From Wolbachia endosymbiont of Drosophila innubila (GTDB taxonomy: Bacteria > Pseudomonadota > Alphaproteobacteria > Rickettsiales > Anaplasmataceae): DNA of 32,000 nt. The DNA is taken from the NCBI RefSeq assembly GCF_021378375.1, contig NZ_CP076228.1, positions 450,001 through 482,000 of the forward strand, read 5' to 3'. The notes below the pieces were generated by a model. The model did not search any database. It was not told the origin of the DNA and saw only the letters and a list, made by a program, of their open reading frames with translations. Every line of letters starts with the position of its first letter. Position 1 is the first letter of the stretch. Made by a program: the position numbers and the translations under genes. This document shows, one piece after another, positions 20,280 to 30,317 of the stretch.

Positions 20280-20906
20280 TTAGCTTATGTAAATAGCAAT
20301 AAGAGGGGCAGTAAAAATGAAACTGTCCATACGGTCGAGCACTCCCCCATGGCCAGGTATCATATTTCCACTATCTTTAACACCGTAAGCTCTTTTAACA
20401 AGCGACTCAGTGAAATCGCCAAGTTGCGCTAGAATAGCAATTGCAAGGCCAATGATTGGAGAATAAAAAATTGAAAATAGACCAAAAAATATTGATCCAA
20501 AAATTGTGCACACTACTCCAGCTAAAATCGCACCAAGAAGTCCTGCCCAAGTTTTTCCAGGGCTAATAATTGGGCAAATTTTAGCTCCACCAAAATTCTT
20601 GCCAAACAGGTAGGCAGTAACGTCAATTCCCCAAATGGTTAAGACGAACCATACTAATGCGTATTTTCCCTGTGGTAGATTATATAAATATATTAATGAG
20701 GCGCTTGGTAGTGCAATCAATAATAATGCAAAAACGTATAAAATTTTGTTTCCCTGGGTTAGATTATACCATTCAAAAGAAGATAAAACTGCTATCGAAA
20801 AAATCAATAGGTAAAACGATAAATCACTGAAATATGTAGCAAAGAAAAATATGAATAATATTACTATTGAGGACAACATTCTAATTATAAAATTATTATC
20901 TACCAT
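20280..20906 (-). CDS. cdsA: Phosphatidate cytidylyltransferase
   Basis: ISPGKTWAGLLGAILAG...KDSGNMIPGHGGVLDRMDSFIFTAP. Confidence 0.93.
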   Translation of the reverse strand: MVDNNFIIRMLSSIVILFIFFFATYFSDLSFYLLIFSIAVLSSFEWYNLTQGNKILYVFALLLIALPSASLIYLYNLPQGKYALVWFVLTIWGIDVTAYLFGKNFGGAKICPIISPGKTWAGLLGAILAGVVCTIFGSIFFGLFSIFYSPIIGLAIAILAQLGDFTESLVKRAYGVKDSGNMIPGHGGVLDRMDSFIFTAPLIAIYIS

Positions 20907-21591
20907 ATTTTTTCTCTCTTTTTGTATAATCTTCTAATGCTTTACTCAAATCTTGACAAGAAAAATCAGGCCATAAAGTATCACAAAAATACAATTCAGC
21001 ATAAGCTGCTTGCCATAATAAAAAGTTGCTTAACCTTTTTTCGCCGCCAGTGCGAATTAATAAATCCAATTTTGGCAAATCTTTAGTATATAGAAATTTT
21101 TCAAATTCCTCTTCTGATACATAAGCAATATTTTCTTTTATAATATTGCTTATAGCTTGTGTAATTTCTTGCTTTGCTCCGTAACTGACTGCCACAGTGA
21201 GTAATAAACCATCGTTCTTATGTGTCATTTCTTCTGCTTTTTTAATTTGATCCAATATTTTACTGGGTAACAGACTTAAATTGCCAATAAAATTCAACTT
21301 AATGTTACAATTGTAAATGAAATTGACTTTATCTTCATTAGTTAAAACGGAGTAAAATAAATCAAATAGACAGTCAGTTTCGTTTTTAGGTCTAAGCCAA
21401 TTCTCCATAGAGAATGCATACAAAGTTAAGTAGGGTATAGTTAAGTCCGTACAATACTTGGCAATATCGTATGCAACTTCACTGCCCTTTTTATAACCAT
21501 CAATTTTTACCCTTCCTTGATTGTTCGCCCATCTACCATTACCATCCATAATAATTGCTAAATGTTTCGGTAAAGATTCTTGATTCAACAT
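20896..21591 (-). CDS. uppS: Isoprenyl (undecaprenyl) diphosphate synthase
   Basis: LPKHLAIIMDGNGRWANNQG, TLYAFSMENWLRP, DLLIRTGGEKRLSNFLLWQAAYAELYF. Confidence 0.95.
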   Translation of the reverse strand: MLNQESLPKHLAIIMDGNGRWANNQGRVKIDGYKKGSEVAYDIAKYCTDLTIPYLTLYAFSMENWLRPKNETDCLFDLFYSVLTNEDKVNFIYNCNIKLNFIGNLSLLPSKILDQIKKAEEMTHKNDGLLLTVAVSYGAKQEITQAISNIIKENIAYVSEEEFEKFLYTKDLPKLDLLIRTGGEKRLSNFLLWQAAYAELYFCDTLWPDFSCQDLSKALEDYTKREKKYGR

Positions 21592-21640
21592 TTAAATTTA
21601 ACCTAATTTTGACTTGAGTGAAATTTTTTGGATTTCAATG

Positions 21641-21831
21641 GACACCTGGAAGGTGTCAGCTACTTGCATGACAGGAAGAGAGTTACTGTAGTGACACCAA
21701 TAGTTGATACTTGAATGCAAAATTGGTGTCATCCCAGTGCTCCGACACTGGGATCCAGGAAATTTGATTTCAAACAAGTGCATCAGATAGTTGTATAGTA
21801 AAGACTGGATTCCAGTGTCAAACACTGGAAT
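21641..21831. repeat. Cluster of palindromic mini-repeats between frr and uppS
   Basis: GACACC-TGGAA-GGTGTC (21641-21657); ATCCCAGTG-CTCCGA-CACTGGGAT (21731-21754); ATTCCAGTGT-CAA-ACACTGGAAT (21809-21831). Confidence 0.85.
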
Positions 21832-21866
21832 GACATCATTTGCTATGTAAGCTTTCTCCATATCAT

Positions 21867-22424
21867 TTAGTGATTCAGTATATCCTTTTCTTTGATGGAC
21901 AATTCACCATCAATCTTTTTTATATTATCATCAGTAATATTTTGTATTTCCTTCTTAGCACCATGAAAATCATCTTCTGAGATTTCTTTATTTTCCTTCA
22001 TTTTTTCTGTTTCTTCCATAATATCTCTACGTATATTTCTAATGGCAATCCGTGCATTTTCAGCAAACTGATGCAATAATTTCACTAATTTTTCACGGGT
22101 TTCTTGTGTCAAGTCCGGAAGAGCTATACGTATGGTGCTACCCTCGACAACAGGATTTAAATTCAGGTTAGCATTTAATATAGCGTTTTTCACTTCACCT
22201 ACAACACTAATGTCCCAAACTTTAATTGATAGGGTTTTGTTATCTATAACCGAAACGCCTGCAACTTGATTTAACTTTTGATGCCCACCATAGATGTTTA
22301 CAACTATACCATCAAGCAAAGATGCACTAGCTCTACCAGTGCGTACGCCTTTAATATCATCATGAAAGGACTGAATAGTTTTTAGCATTCTTTCTTTTGT
22401 TTTAGCTTTTATTTCATTTAACAT
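21867..22424 (-). CDS. frr: Ribosome recycling factor
   Basis: FHDDIKGVRTGRASASLLDGIVVNIYGG...LPDLTQETREKLVKL...AIRNIRRD. Confidence 0.96.
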   Translation of the reverse strand: MLNEIKAKTKERMLKTIQSFHDDIKGVRTGRASASLLDGIVVNIYGGHQKLNQVAGVSVIDNKTLSIKVWDISVVGEVKNAILNANLNLNPVVEGSTIRIALPDLTQETREKLVKLLHQFAENARIAIRNIRRDIMEETEKMKENKEISEDDFHGAKKEIQNITDDNIKKIDGELSIKEKDILNH

Positions 22425-22431
22425 AAATTAC

Positions 22432-23175
22432 CTACTGTTTACAATCTGAAACTATAGTATAAGTACCTTGACCCTTAATAATATTGACTATTTTTTCTCC
22501 CTTCAAAGAAAAAACTATAATTGGAATAGAATTCTCACGAGCAAGTGAAATTGCTGATGCATCCATAACTTTTAAATCACGAGTCAATAAATCCGTGTAA
22601 GAAAGCCTATCATACATTACAGCATCCTCATTTTTTTTCGGATCAGCGGAGTATACACCATTTACTTGCGTACCCTTTAGAATAACATCACAATTCATTT
22701 CAACAGCACGTAAGGCTGCAGCTGTATCTGTAGTAAAAAATGGGTTGCCTGTGCCTGCTGCAAAAATTACCACTCTACCTTTTTCTAAATGACGAATAGC
22801 TTTCCTTCTGATGTAAGGTTCGCATACAGTGGCCATGGGTATTGCAGATAATACCCTAGAAGCTACTAAATTTTTTTCTAAAAAGTTTTGTAAAATTAAA
22901 GCATTGATTATAGTTGCAAGCATTCCAATATAATCACTGCTTGCTCTTTCACAACCACTTAAAGACGCAGATGTGCCACGAAAGATATTACCACCACCAA
23001 CAACAATACATACCTGAACTCCAAGATTACAAACTTCAACTATGCCTTTAGATAACTCACCTATAGTCTCCATATCGTGACCAAATTGCTTTGATCCCAT
23101 CAAAGCCTCACCAGAGATTTTAAATAACACCCTGGAATATTTTATTTCGCTTTTTTCATTTGTTGAAATAAACAT
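22432..23175 (-). CDS. pyrH: Uridylate kinase
   Basis: [33 protein letters not shown]-like [36 protein letters not shown]. Confidence 0.95.
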   Translation of the reverse strand: MFISTNEKSEIKYSRVLFKISGEALMGSKQFGHDMETIGELSKGIVEVCNLGVQVCIVVGGGNIFRGTSASLSGCERASSDYIGMLATIINALILQNFLEKNLVASRVLSAIPMATVCEPYIRRKAIRHLEKGRVVIFAAGTGNPFFTTDTAAALRAVEMNCDVILKGTQVNGVYSADPKKNEDAVMYDRLSYTDLLTRDLKVMDASAISLARENSIPIIVFSLKGEKIVNIIKGQGTYTIVSDCKQ

Positions 23176-23185
23176 TTTTTGCTAT

Positions 23186-24046
23186 TTAATCTGCATCACC
23201 CAAAACAAGTAACTTGTAATTAGAGAGTTTAACAGCACTCAACTCGCTTGATTTTATAAAATCAGAAATCTTCATCTTATCATCCTTTATAAATTTTTGC
23301 TCCAGTAAAACAACTTCTTCATAGTACTTAGCCATTCGTCCATCTACTATTTTTTTTGCTACTTCTTCAGGTTTATTTAAGCTCCTCACTTGCTCTTCAA
23401 TTATAGAACGTTCGTTGTTCAACTTCATTTGATCTAAATCATCTATAGACAAAGCTTCAGGCTTCATAGCAACTACATGCATAGCTATTTGTTTCCCAAT
23501 CTCTTGTAGCTTCGCCTTATCACCAGATGATTGCAATGCAATTAAAGCACCAATCTTACCTAAGCCACACACATCACCATGTACGTAGCCAGCAATAACT
23601 CCATCCTTAGCTTCTAAGTAACAAAGCTTGCTTAACTCTAGCTTCTCACCAAGAACTGACGTACCATTCATAATAGCTTCCTGCACTGTGCCAATGCTTT
23701 CATACTTGGCATTTTTTAACTCATCAACGCTAGTACAGCGTTCTTGATGAGCAATGGATGCTAAATTTAAAACTAACTCTATAAATTTCTCATTCCTTGC
23801 GACAAAATCGGTTTCGCAATTGAGTTCAATCAATACACCACAATTTTCAGTCAAACACATAGCAACGAGCCCATCTGAAGCTACTCTATCAGATTTTTTG
23901 TCAGCTTTAGCAAGACCTATTGTACGTAACTTATCAACGGCTTTCTTAATGTCACCATCACATTCTTCTAATGCTTTTTTACAGTCACTTAAGCCAAGCC
24001 CTGTTCTATCACGTAATTCTCTTATATCATCTGGATTCATCTTCAT
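23186..24046 (-). CDS. tsf: Elongation factor Ts (ATG at 24040 also possible as start)
   Basis: [49 protein letters not shown]. Confidence 0.96.
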   Translation of the reverse strand: MKMNPDDIRELRDRTGLGLSDCKKALEECDGDIKKAVDKLRTIGLAKADKKSDRVASDGLVAMCLTENCGVLIELNCETDFVARNEKFIELVLNLASIAHQERCTSVDELKNAKYESIGTVQEAIMNGTSVLGEKLELSKLCYLEAKDGVIAGYVHGDVCGLGKIGALIALQSSGDKAKLQEIGKQIAMHVVAMKPEALSIDDLDQMKLNNERSIIEEQVRSLNKPEEVAKKIVDGRMAKYYEEVVLLEQKFIKDDKMKISDFIKSSELSAVKLSNYKLLVLGDAD

Positions 24047-24875
24047 TTGTTACTACCTCCCTTTCTTCTTCTTTGTAAACTTTACTACGTCTCCTTTTAG
24101 TTTGCACAATACCATCTTCTTTTTCTTGAATAAACTCATCACCCCTTATATCATCAATCTTAACTCCAGATTTTGCTAGACTAGACTCTATTCCAGCTAA
24201 TATAGAGTCGGTAGCTAATTTACAATAGAGCTCTATTGATTTTCTTGAGTCATCATTTCCAGGTATTAGATAAGTAATACCATCTGGATCAGAATTAGTA
24301 TCAAGTATTGCAACTATTGGAATTCCTAACTTCTTAGCCTCCTTAACCGCTATATGCTCTTTATTAGTATCAATGATGAATAAGATATCAGGAATTGCTC
24401 CCATTTCTCTAATACCGCCAAGCGCCTTATCAAGCTTTTGCTTTTTCTTTTCAATGTTTCCCAATTCTTTCTTTGTTAAAATGCTATCCTCGTCATTTAA
24501 TATTTTCTCATATTGCATCAAGGTTTTTATCGAAGAAGAAACAGTGCCCCAATTAGTAAGCATACCACCAAGCCAACGATGATTCACATAATATTGACCA
24601 CAACGAATCGCTTCACTTGCAATAATATCACAAGCTTGAAACTTTGTACCAACAAATAGAATGCGACCACCTTGAAATGCAACGTCATATAAAGCCTTCA
24701 TGGCCACCTGTAGCAATGGTAGTGTTTTTCGCAAATCAATTATATGTATACGATTTTCTCGATGCACTCCATATATGTATGGAGCCATTTTTGCGTTCCA
24801 GCGACTAATTTTGTGACCAAAATGTACACCAGATTCAGCTAAATCACGCACAGTGACTTTAGGCAAATTTGTCAT
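24027..24875 (-). CDS. rpsB: 30S ribosomal protein S2
   Basis: [72 protein letters not shown]. Confidence 0.97.
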   Translation of the reverse strand: MTNLPKVTVRDLAESGVHFGHKISRWNAKMAPYIYGVHRENRIHIIDLRKTLPLLQVAMKALYDVAFQGGRILFVGTKFQACDIIASEAIRCGQYYVNHRWLGGMLTNWGTVSSSIKTLMQYEKILNDEDSILTKKELGNIEKKKQKLDKALGGIREMGAIPDILFIIDTNKEHIAVKEAKKLGIPIVAILDTNSDPDGITYLIPGNDDSRKSIELYCKLATDSILAGIESSLAKSGVKIDDIRGDEFIQEKEDGIVQTKRRRSKVYKEEEREVVTNEDESR

Positions 24876-25067
24876 ATATCATTCCTCCAAATAGTTTATC
24901 TTCCATGGCATAACCCTAATGGGACTACTTGTACAAGCCATGTGTGAAATTAAATTATTTACATAGTAATAGAAAAGACAGCAAAGCGCAAACAAAAAAT
25001 ATTGACAAAGGGCAACATGTTTATTAGCTTTAAAGTTGAAGCCCGAAAATGCTAAAAAGAAATTAGG

Positions 25068-25144
25068 GGGGTGTAGCTCAGTTGGTTAGAGCGCATGCCT
25101 GTCACGCATGAGGTCGTGAGTTCAAGTCTCATCACTCCCGCCAT
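25068..25144 (+). tRNA. tRNA-Asp (GTC), CCA encoded
   Basis: GGGGGTGTAGCTCAGTTGGTTAGAGCGCATGCCTGTCACGCATGAGGTCGTGAGTTCAAGTCTCATCACTCCCGCCA; acceptor GGGGGTG/CACTCCC with one G-U. Confidence 0.95.
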
Positions 25145-25280
25145 ATTAGTTTTAGCATAACTTGGAATTCGCAGTATTATTGCCGGTATTGAGAAACGCC
25201 TTCACCAAACTTGACATGGCATGGTATTGTAATTAATACTTAAATAGGTTTGTTTTTATCATTAACAATTAGGATTAAAT

Positions 25281-25652
25281 ATGCTCATTTCTGAAGTTTT
25301 TGCAGCAGATGCAACTAGCAATACATCAAGTATCGGCGCATCTTTTGCTAGTTTTATTCCACTGATTTTAATATTTGTGGCATTTTATTTTCTCATTATT
25401 CGCCCGCAACAAAAAAAACTAAAAGAACATAGAAAGATGATAGATCAAATAAAACGTGGTGATACAGTCATTACTTCTGGTGGAATAATAGGTGAAGTTA
25501 ATAAAGTTGATGAGGCAAATGCACAATTTATAATAGAAATAGCACCAAAAGTTGAGATAAAAGTTCTAAAGTCCGCTATATCTGAGGTTTTAAGCAAAGA
25601 AACTCAAAAAGTAGCAGCTAAACCAATTAAAAAGGTAAAATCGAAAGAATGA
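25281..25652 (+). CDS. yajC: Preprotein translocase subunit YajC
   Basis: IPLILIFVAFYFLIIRPQQKKLKEHRKMIDQIKRGDTVITSGGIIGEV. Confidence 0.93.
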   Translation: MLISEVFAADATSNTSSIGASFASFIPLILIFVAFYFLIIRPQQKKLKEHRKMIDQIKRGDTVITSGGIIGEVNKVDEANAQFIIEIAPKVEIKVLKSAISEVLSKETQKVAAKPIKKVKSKE

Positions 25653-25732
25653 TAAAAAGAATATAAATCAACCAGTAATAAAGGCAAAAATGCTTAACAT
25701 GTTTAGAAAAAAGTTTGTTTGGTGATCCATTT

Positions 25733-27553
25733 GTGTGCGGAATATTTGGTGTAGTAAGTAGCGGTGATTCAGTAATACCAACCTTACTAACTGGGTTACA
25801 AAAATTGGAATATAGGGGATATGATTCCTCAGGTATAGCAATCATAAATAACGAAGGTAAGATAGAAGTCAAAAAATCAGAAGGTAAAGTCGAAAGGTTA
25901 TGTGAAGTTGTTGATGACAGCAAGATGTCTCACAGTACAGTTGGTATAGCACATACTCGCTGGGCTACACATGGAGTCCCAGGCCTTAAAAATGCTCACC
26001 CCATTCGTACAAATAATGTTGTTGTTGCTCATAACGGCATAATTGAGAATTACAATCTGCTAAAAAAGGGTCTAGAAGAAAGGGGCATGTCATTCCATAC
26101 TGACACTGACACAGAGATCATACCAAACATGCTAACCTTATATCTTGATGAAGGATTGTCGCCAATTGATTCTCTATCTAAGTGTTTAAACAACTTACAT
26201 GGCTCATTTGCCTTGGTCTTATTATTTGCAGAATATCCAGACGCCTTATTTGTTGCGAAGAGAAATTTGCCTTTAGCAATAGGCTATAACTGTAACACAG
26301 TGTTTGCTGCATCTGACTCTAATGCTTTAAGTGCATTTGTGGAAAGAATATCGCATTTGGAAGATGATGACATTGCAGTGATAAAATCTAGTGGAGTTAG
26401 TATATACAACAATGGTACACAAGTTAAACGCAGTATAGAAAATAGTAGTCCAAGTGATTTTCTAATTAGCAAAAATGGTTACCCTAGCTTCATGTTAAAA
26501 GAGATTTTTGAGCAACCGCGTGCATTAAACAAAACAATAAATCAATTTTACAAGCAATATAAAGAGGTAATATTTGCTAACAAAAAATTGTTTTCTGAGC
26601 TGAGTTACATTACTATAGTTGGATGCGGGTCATCTTATTTTGCTGGGCTAATAGCAAAGTATTGGCTGGAAAATGTCGCTCAAGTTCGAGTATATCTAGA
26701 AATCTCATCAGAATTTAGGTATAGCAACGTCAAGCTGGAAGAAGGCAGCATTGGGTTATTTATCTCTCAATCTGGTGAAACTGCAGATACCATAGAAGCG
26801 CTGCGTTATGCAAAATCACAGAAGCAAACAATCATTAGTATAACTAATACATTTAGCAGCAGCATTGAAAAGATCTCAGATATTGTGTTACATACTCTTG
26901 CTGGGCCAGAAATTGGTGTTGCTTCAACAAAAACCTTTTCTGCGCAACTTGCAACTTTAGCATGCTTTGCCGTGGAGCTTGGAAAAATAAAAGGTGTACT
27001 GGGTGGAGAGAGAATAAAACAGCTAAGCAACGCTATTAACTCTATTCCCGAGTATGTTGAGCACGTTTTGAATGTGATGAAAATACAACATATATCGGAC
27101 AGTATATTAGAACACAATAACGTTATTTTAATCGGCAGAGGAAGTTCATACGGAGTTGCAATGGAAGGCGCATTGAAAATAAAAGAGCTTTCATATATCA
27201 ATACAACTGGTATTGCAGCGGGAGAAATGAAGCATGGTTCTATTGCTTTAATAGACTCTACTGTGCTTGTTATAGCAATTATCCCTTATGATGATTTATT
27301 CTTTAAAACGCTATCTAATATACAAGAGATTATTGCAAGAAAAGGCAAAGTAATTGCCTTCAGTGATAAACAAGGAGCGCCATTCCTAAGGGGAGTTTGC
27401 GCAGATGTGGTGCAACTTCCAGACACTGATAATTTTATCTCTCCAATCATCTACAGTGTTGCTATGCAATTCCTTGCTTACTTTACTGCAGCAAAAAAAG
27501 GGTTAGATGCAGATTGTCCAAGAAATTTAGCTAAGTCTGTCACGGTTGAGTAG
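25733..27553 (+). CDS. glmS: Glutamine-fructose-6-phosphate aminotransferase; probable true start GTG 25733 (track start ATG 25715)
   Basis: CGIFGVVSSGD, LEYRGYDSSGIAI, TIVGCGSSYFAGL, SQSGETADTIEAL, C-terminal PRNLAKSVTVE. Confidence 0.96.
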   Translation: MCGIFGVVSSGDSVIPTLLTGLQKLEYRGYDSSGIAIINNEGKIEVKKSEGKVERLCEVVDDSKMSHSTVGIAHTRWATHGVPGLKNAHPIRTNNVVVAHNGIIENYNLLKKGLEERGMSFHTDTDTEIIPNMLTLYLDEGLSPIDSLSKCLNNLHGSFALVLLFAEYPDALFVAKRNLPLAIGYNCNTVFAASDSNALSAFVERISHLEDDDIAVIKSSGVSIYNNGTQVKRSIENSSPSDFLISKNGYPSFMLKEIFEQPRALNKTINQFYKQYKEVIFANKKLFSELSYITIVGCGSSYFAGLIAKYWLENVAQVRVYLEISSEFRYSNVKLEEGSIGLFISQSGETADTIEALRYAKSQKQTIISITNTFSSSIEKISDIVLHTLAGPEIGVASTKTFSAQLATLACFAVELGKIKGVLGGERIKQLSNAINSIPEYVEHVLNVMKIQHISDSILEHNNVILIGRGSSYGVAMEGALKIKELSYINTTGIAAGEMKHGSIALIDSTVLVIAIIPYDDLFFKTLSNIQEIIARKGKVIAFSDKQGAPFLRGVCADVVQLPDTDNFISPIIYSVAMQFLAYFTAAKKGLDADCPRNLAKSVTVE

Positions 27554-27780
27554 TCCATTTAAAGTTAAAGCTAAACTTCTAATTAAGGTGACCAGACTGC
27601 ATTCTGTGATTTTTAGCAAAACACGATACACAATCGTCATTCCGCTACTTGTTAGCGGAATCTATGCCGAGATACCGCGGCGGTATGACGGTTCGCGGCG
27701 GCATAGCTATCTTCAAAAATATGGTTGAATAGTTGTTAATAATAGTGTATAATTATTAATCTTTTCTCAGTATTTTTACT

Positions 27781-28026
27781 ATGGCTCTTTCTAAATTTCT
27801 CGATCCAAAGTTAGATTTAACATTTAAGAAAATCTTTGGCACTGAAAAAAATAAGAATATTCTTATCCATTTTTTAAACGATATTTTAGGATGTACTGAA
27901 GTCAACACTATACAAGAAGTAGAATTCTTAAGCACCATTATGGACCCTGAAATTGCTTCTGATAAACAAAGCATTGTTGATGTTCTTTGCAGAGATTCTA
28001 GTGGGAACAGGTATATAATTGAGATG
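27781..28026 (+). pseudogene. 5' exon of Rpn family nuclease gene interrupted by group II intron
   Basis: FLDPKLDLTFKKIFGTEKNKNILIHFLNDILG...SIVDVLCRDSSGNRYIIEM, parallel to the intact copy at 13290. Confidence 0.9.
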
Positions 28027-28655
28027 GTGCGACCTGAAAGCCTTCGGTCATATTGTTTATAAAAGGAGAGGAATTCATTCAGAAAGAAACTGAAAGGATT
28101 CTAAAGCTTATTGAGCCAGATGTTTTGCCATCTGAGTCTACGCATCAGTGCGAATTGGGTAACCAGTTGGTGCTGAGCGACGCGGACAATGAACCTCCTC
28201 TTGATAAAGAAGATGCTCAATCGTGAGAGAAAGCATAAACTACAAGCATCATGTGGTTGGAGGGCTAGGCTTAGTGGTATGGTGAACGTAAGTGAAGCTT
28301 CATAAGTATCGTAACGATTAAAGAGCTAAAGATGCTGATAAGCTCCGACCAAAAGGTAATGTGACATTTTTCATTTCTGGATGTACGCAAATAATAATTC
28401 CACCGGTATAGAGAAGCCACCTAACCCACTATTGTATGACAAAAGGAACAGGATAAGCCTGTATTTTCGCCTATATGGCAGGCAACCCGCAAGGAATGCT
28501 GATGGATGTGCAGGTAAAGGATAATGGAGAAAGCGAATGCCATTTTGTAACGAAATGGATAGAATTTGTAACATTAATTCGCGTGAAAACGAGCAGACTT
28601 CCATTTGGTCCTTCATGACAAGAAACTTTGTTAACCACTTAAGGTAGGAAAGCAG

Positions 28656-30198
28656 ATGATTACAAGTACAACTGTAAGTGCACCTACCAATAACTCCGAA
28701 GCATGGAACCAGTTACCCTGGAAGAAATGCCAAAAAGTTGTTATGAGGCTACAGAGGCGTATTGTTAAGGCTGTCCAACAAGGCAGATGGGGTAAGGTGA
28801 AAACTTTACAACACCTTCTCACACGCTCTTTTAGCGGCAAAGCTTTGGCGGTTAAGAGAGTAACTGAAAACCAAGGAAAAACACAGCAGGTGTAGATCGT
28901 CAAATATGGTCAACTTGCAACACAAAATTTCAAGGAATAAAGCTATTAAAACAAAGAGGATACAAACCTTCTCCGCTAAAACGGATATACATCAGTAAGT
29001 CTAATGGCAAAAGAAGACCTCTTGGAATCCCTACGATAAAAGATAGAGCCATGCAAGCATTATACTTGTTTGCTTTGGAACCGATAGCTGAAACGATCAG
29101 TGATCGTCACTCTTATGGTTTTAGACCAAAAAGATCCTGCGCAGACGCTACTGTGGCTTGCCACTTGTTACTGGCAAGCCGTAACCAACTACAATGGATA
29201 CTCGAAGGTGATATTAAAGGGTGTTTTGATAACATTAACCATGAATGGCTCATGAAGCATATTCCTATGGAGAAGAAAATTCTTCATAGCTGGTTAAAAG
29301 CTGGCTTCCTAGAATCAAAAACTCTGTATTCCACAACTGCAGGTACCCCACAAGGTAGTATCATCTCTCAATACTAGCAAATCTAGCCCTAAATGGACTT
29401 GAAAAATCATTGGAAAGTCAATTTGGTAAACTTGGCAGTAAAAGAAGAAGCAAAATCAGAAGTGGAGTAAATGTAATCAGGTACGCAGATGACTTTATCA
29501 TTTCAGGAATCACACGTGAAGTACTGGAAAATGAAGTAAAACCTCTAGTATCGTCCTTTCTTCAGGAGAGAGGTCTTATCCTTTCCGAAGAGAAAACAAA
29601 AATTACATCTATTACAACAGGGTTTGACTTTTTTGGTTGTAATGTACGCAGGTATAATAAGAAGTTAATTATAAAACCTTCAAAAGAAAGTATTAAGAAA
29701 CTTAATAAAGCACGTACATTGATAAAGGCAAACATAGCGAACACTCAGGCCGTACTAATCAAGTTGCTCAATTCCCTATTAAGGGGATGGGAAAATTACT
29801 ACAGCCATGTGTGTGCGAAAAGAGCTTTTAACAAAATAGACCATGAAATTATGTGTGCTCTATGGAAATGGGCAAAGAAAAGACATCCTCGTAAAGGATT
29901 ACGTTGGATAAAGAATCGTTACTTCAAGGTAATGAAACAACGCCAATGGGTCTTTGCTGCACCCATATGCAAGAACAAACCGAAAGAGATAAGGTATTTA
30001 AGACTGCTTAGGTTGATTGATATACCTATCAGACGACATGTTAAAATCAGGGCGGATGCAAATCCACTTGACTTAAAATGGAAAAAGTATTTTGATGAAA
30101 GAGTGAAACAAACAAAAATGTTAGCAAGCTCTTTCTCAAGAGAAGGTTCTCTGCTGTTGGTGTCACCATTAAGAATGATGTTTTCTGAGGAATCATGA
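28656..30198 (+). pseudogene. Group II intron reverse transcriptase/maturase, broken into three frames
   Basis: WNQLPWKKCQKVVMRLQRRIVKAVQQGRWGKVKTLQHLL...; frame 2 VDRQIWS...[23 protein letters not shown]...[13 protein letters not shown]...[15 protein letters not shown]...[11 protein letters not shown]; frame 3 VIRYADDFIISG. Confidence 0.93.
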
Positions 30199-30242
30199 AG
30201 GACAAGCCGGTTCGAGAAAAGAAGGACTTAGATAAGGGGCTC

Positions 30243-30276
30243 AAGCGTAGTGTGGAGAAACCTGCATGCTGCGTTT
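30243..30276 (+). ncRNA. Group II intron domain V
   Basis: AAGCGTAGT-GTGGA-GAAA-CCTGC-AT-GCTGCGTTT: 9-bp lower stem with AGC at positions 2-4, 2-nt bulge, upper stem, GAAA loop. Confidence 0.85.
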
Positions 30277-30317
30277 CTAAGGGAGGGAGTAGTAGCAATA
30301 CTACTTCCTTACCTAAC

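Larger units (their letters stand above)
28027..30317 (+). mobile_element. Group II intron, 2291 bp
   Basis: 5' end GTGCGACC, 3' end ...CCTTACCTAAC; domain V at 30243-30276; domain VI hairpin with candidate branch A at 30311; interrupts an Rpn gene between ATG and CAG codons. Confidence 0.92.

Noticed and set aside
21598-21861. 87-aa ORF between uppS and frr
   Set aside because: Covers the palindromic repeat cluster; composition follows the repeats and no homologous motif is visible
24027-24046. 20-nt tsf/rpsB overlap as a regulatory feature
   Set aside because: Likely start-site choice; ATG at 24040 shortens the overlap, and compact spacing is normal for this operon
28371-28903. Minus-strand 81- and 91-aa ORFs inside the intron
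   Set aside because: Antisense to structured intron RNA and the RT N-terminus
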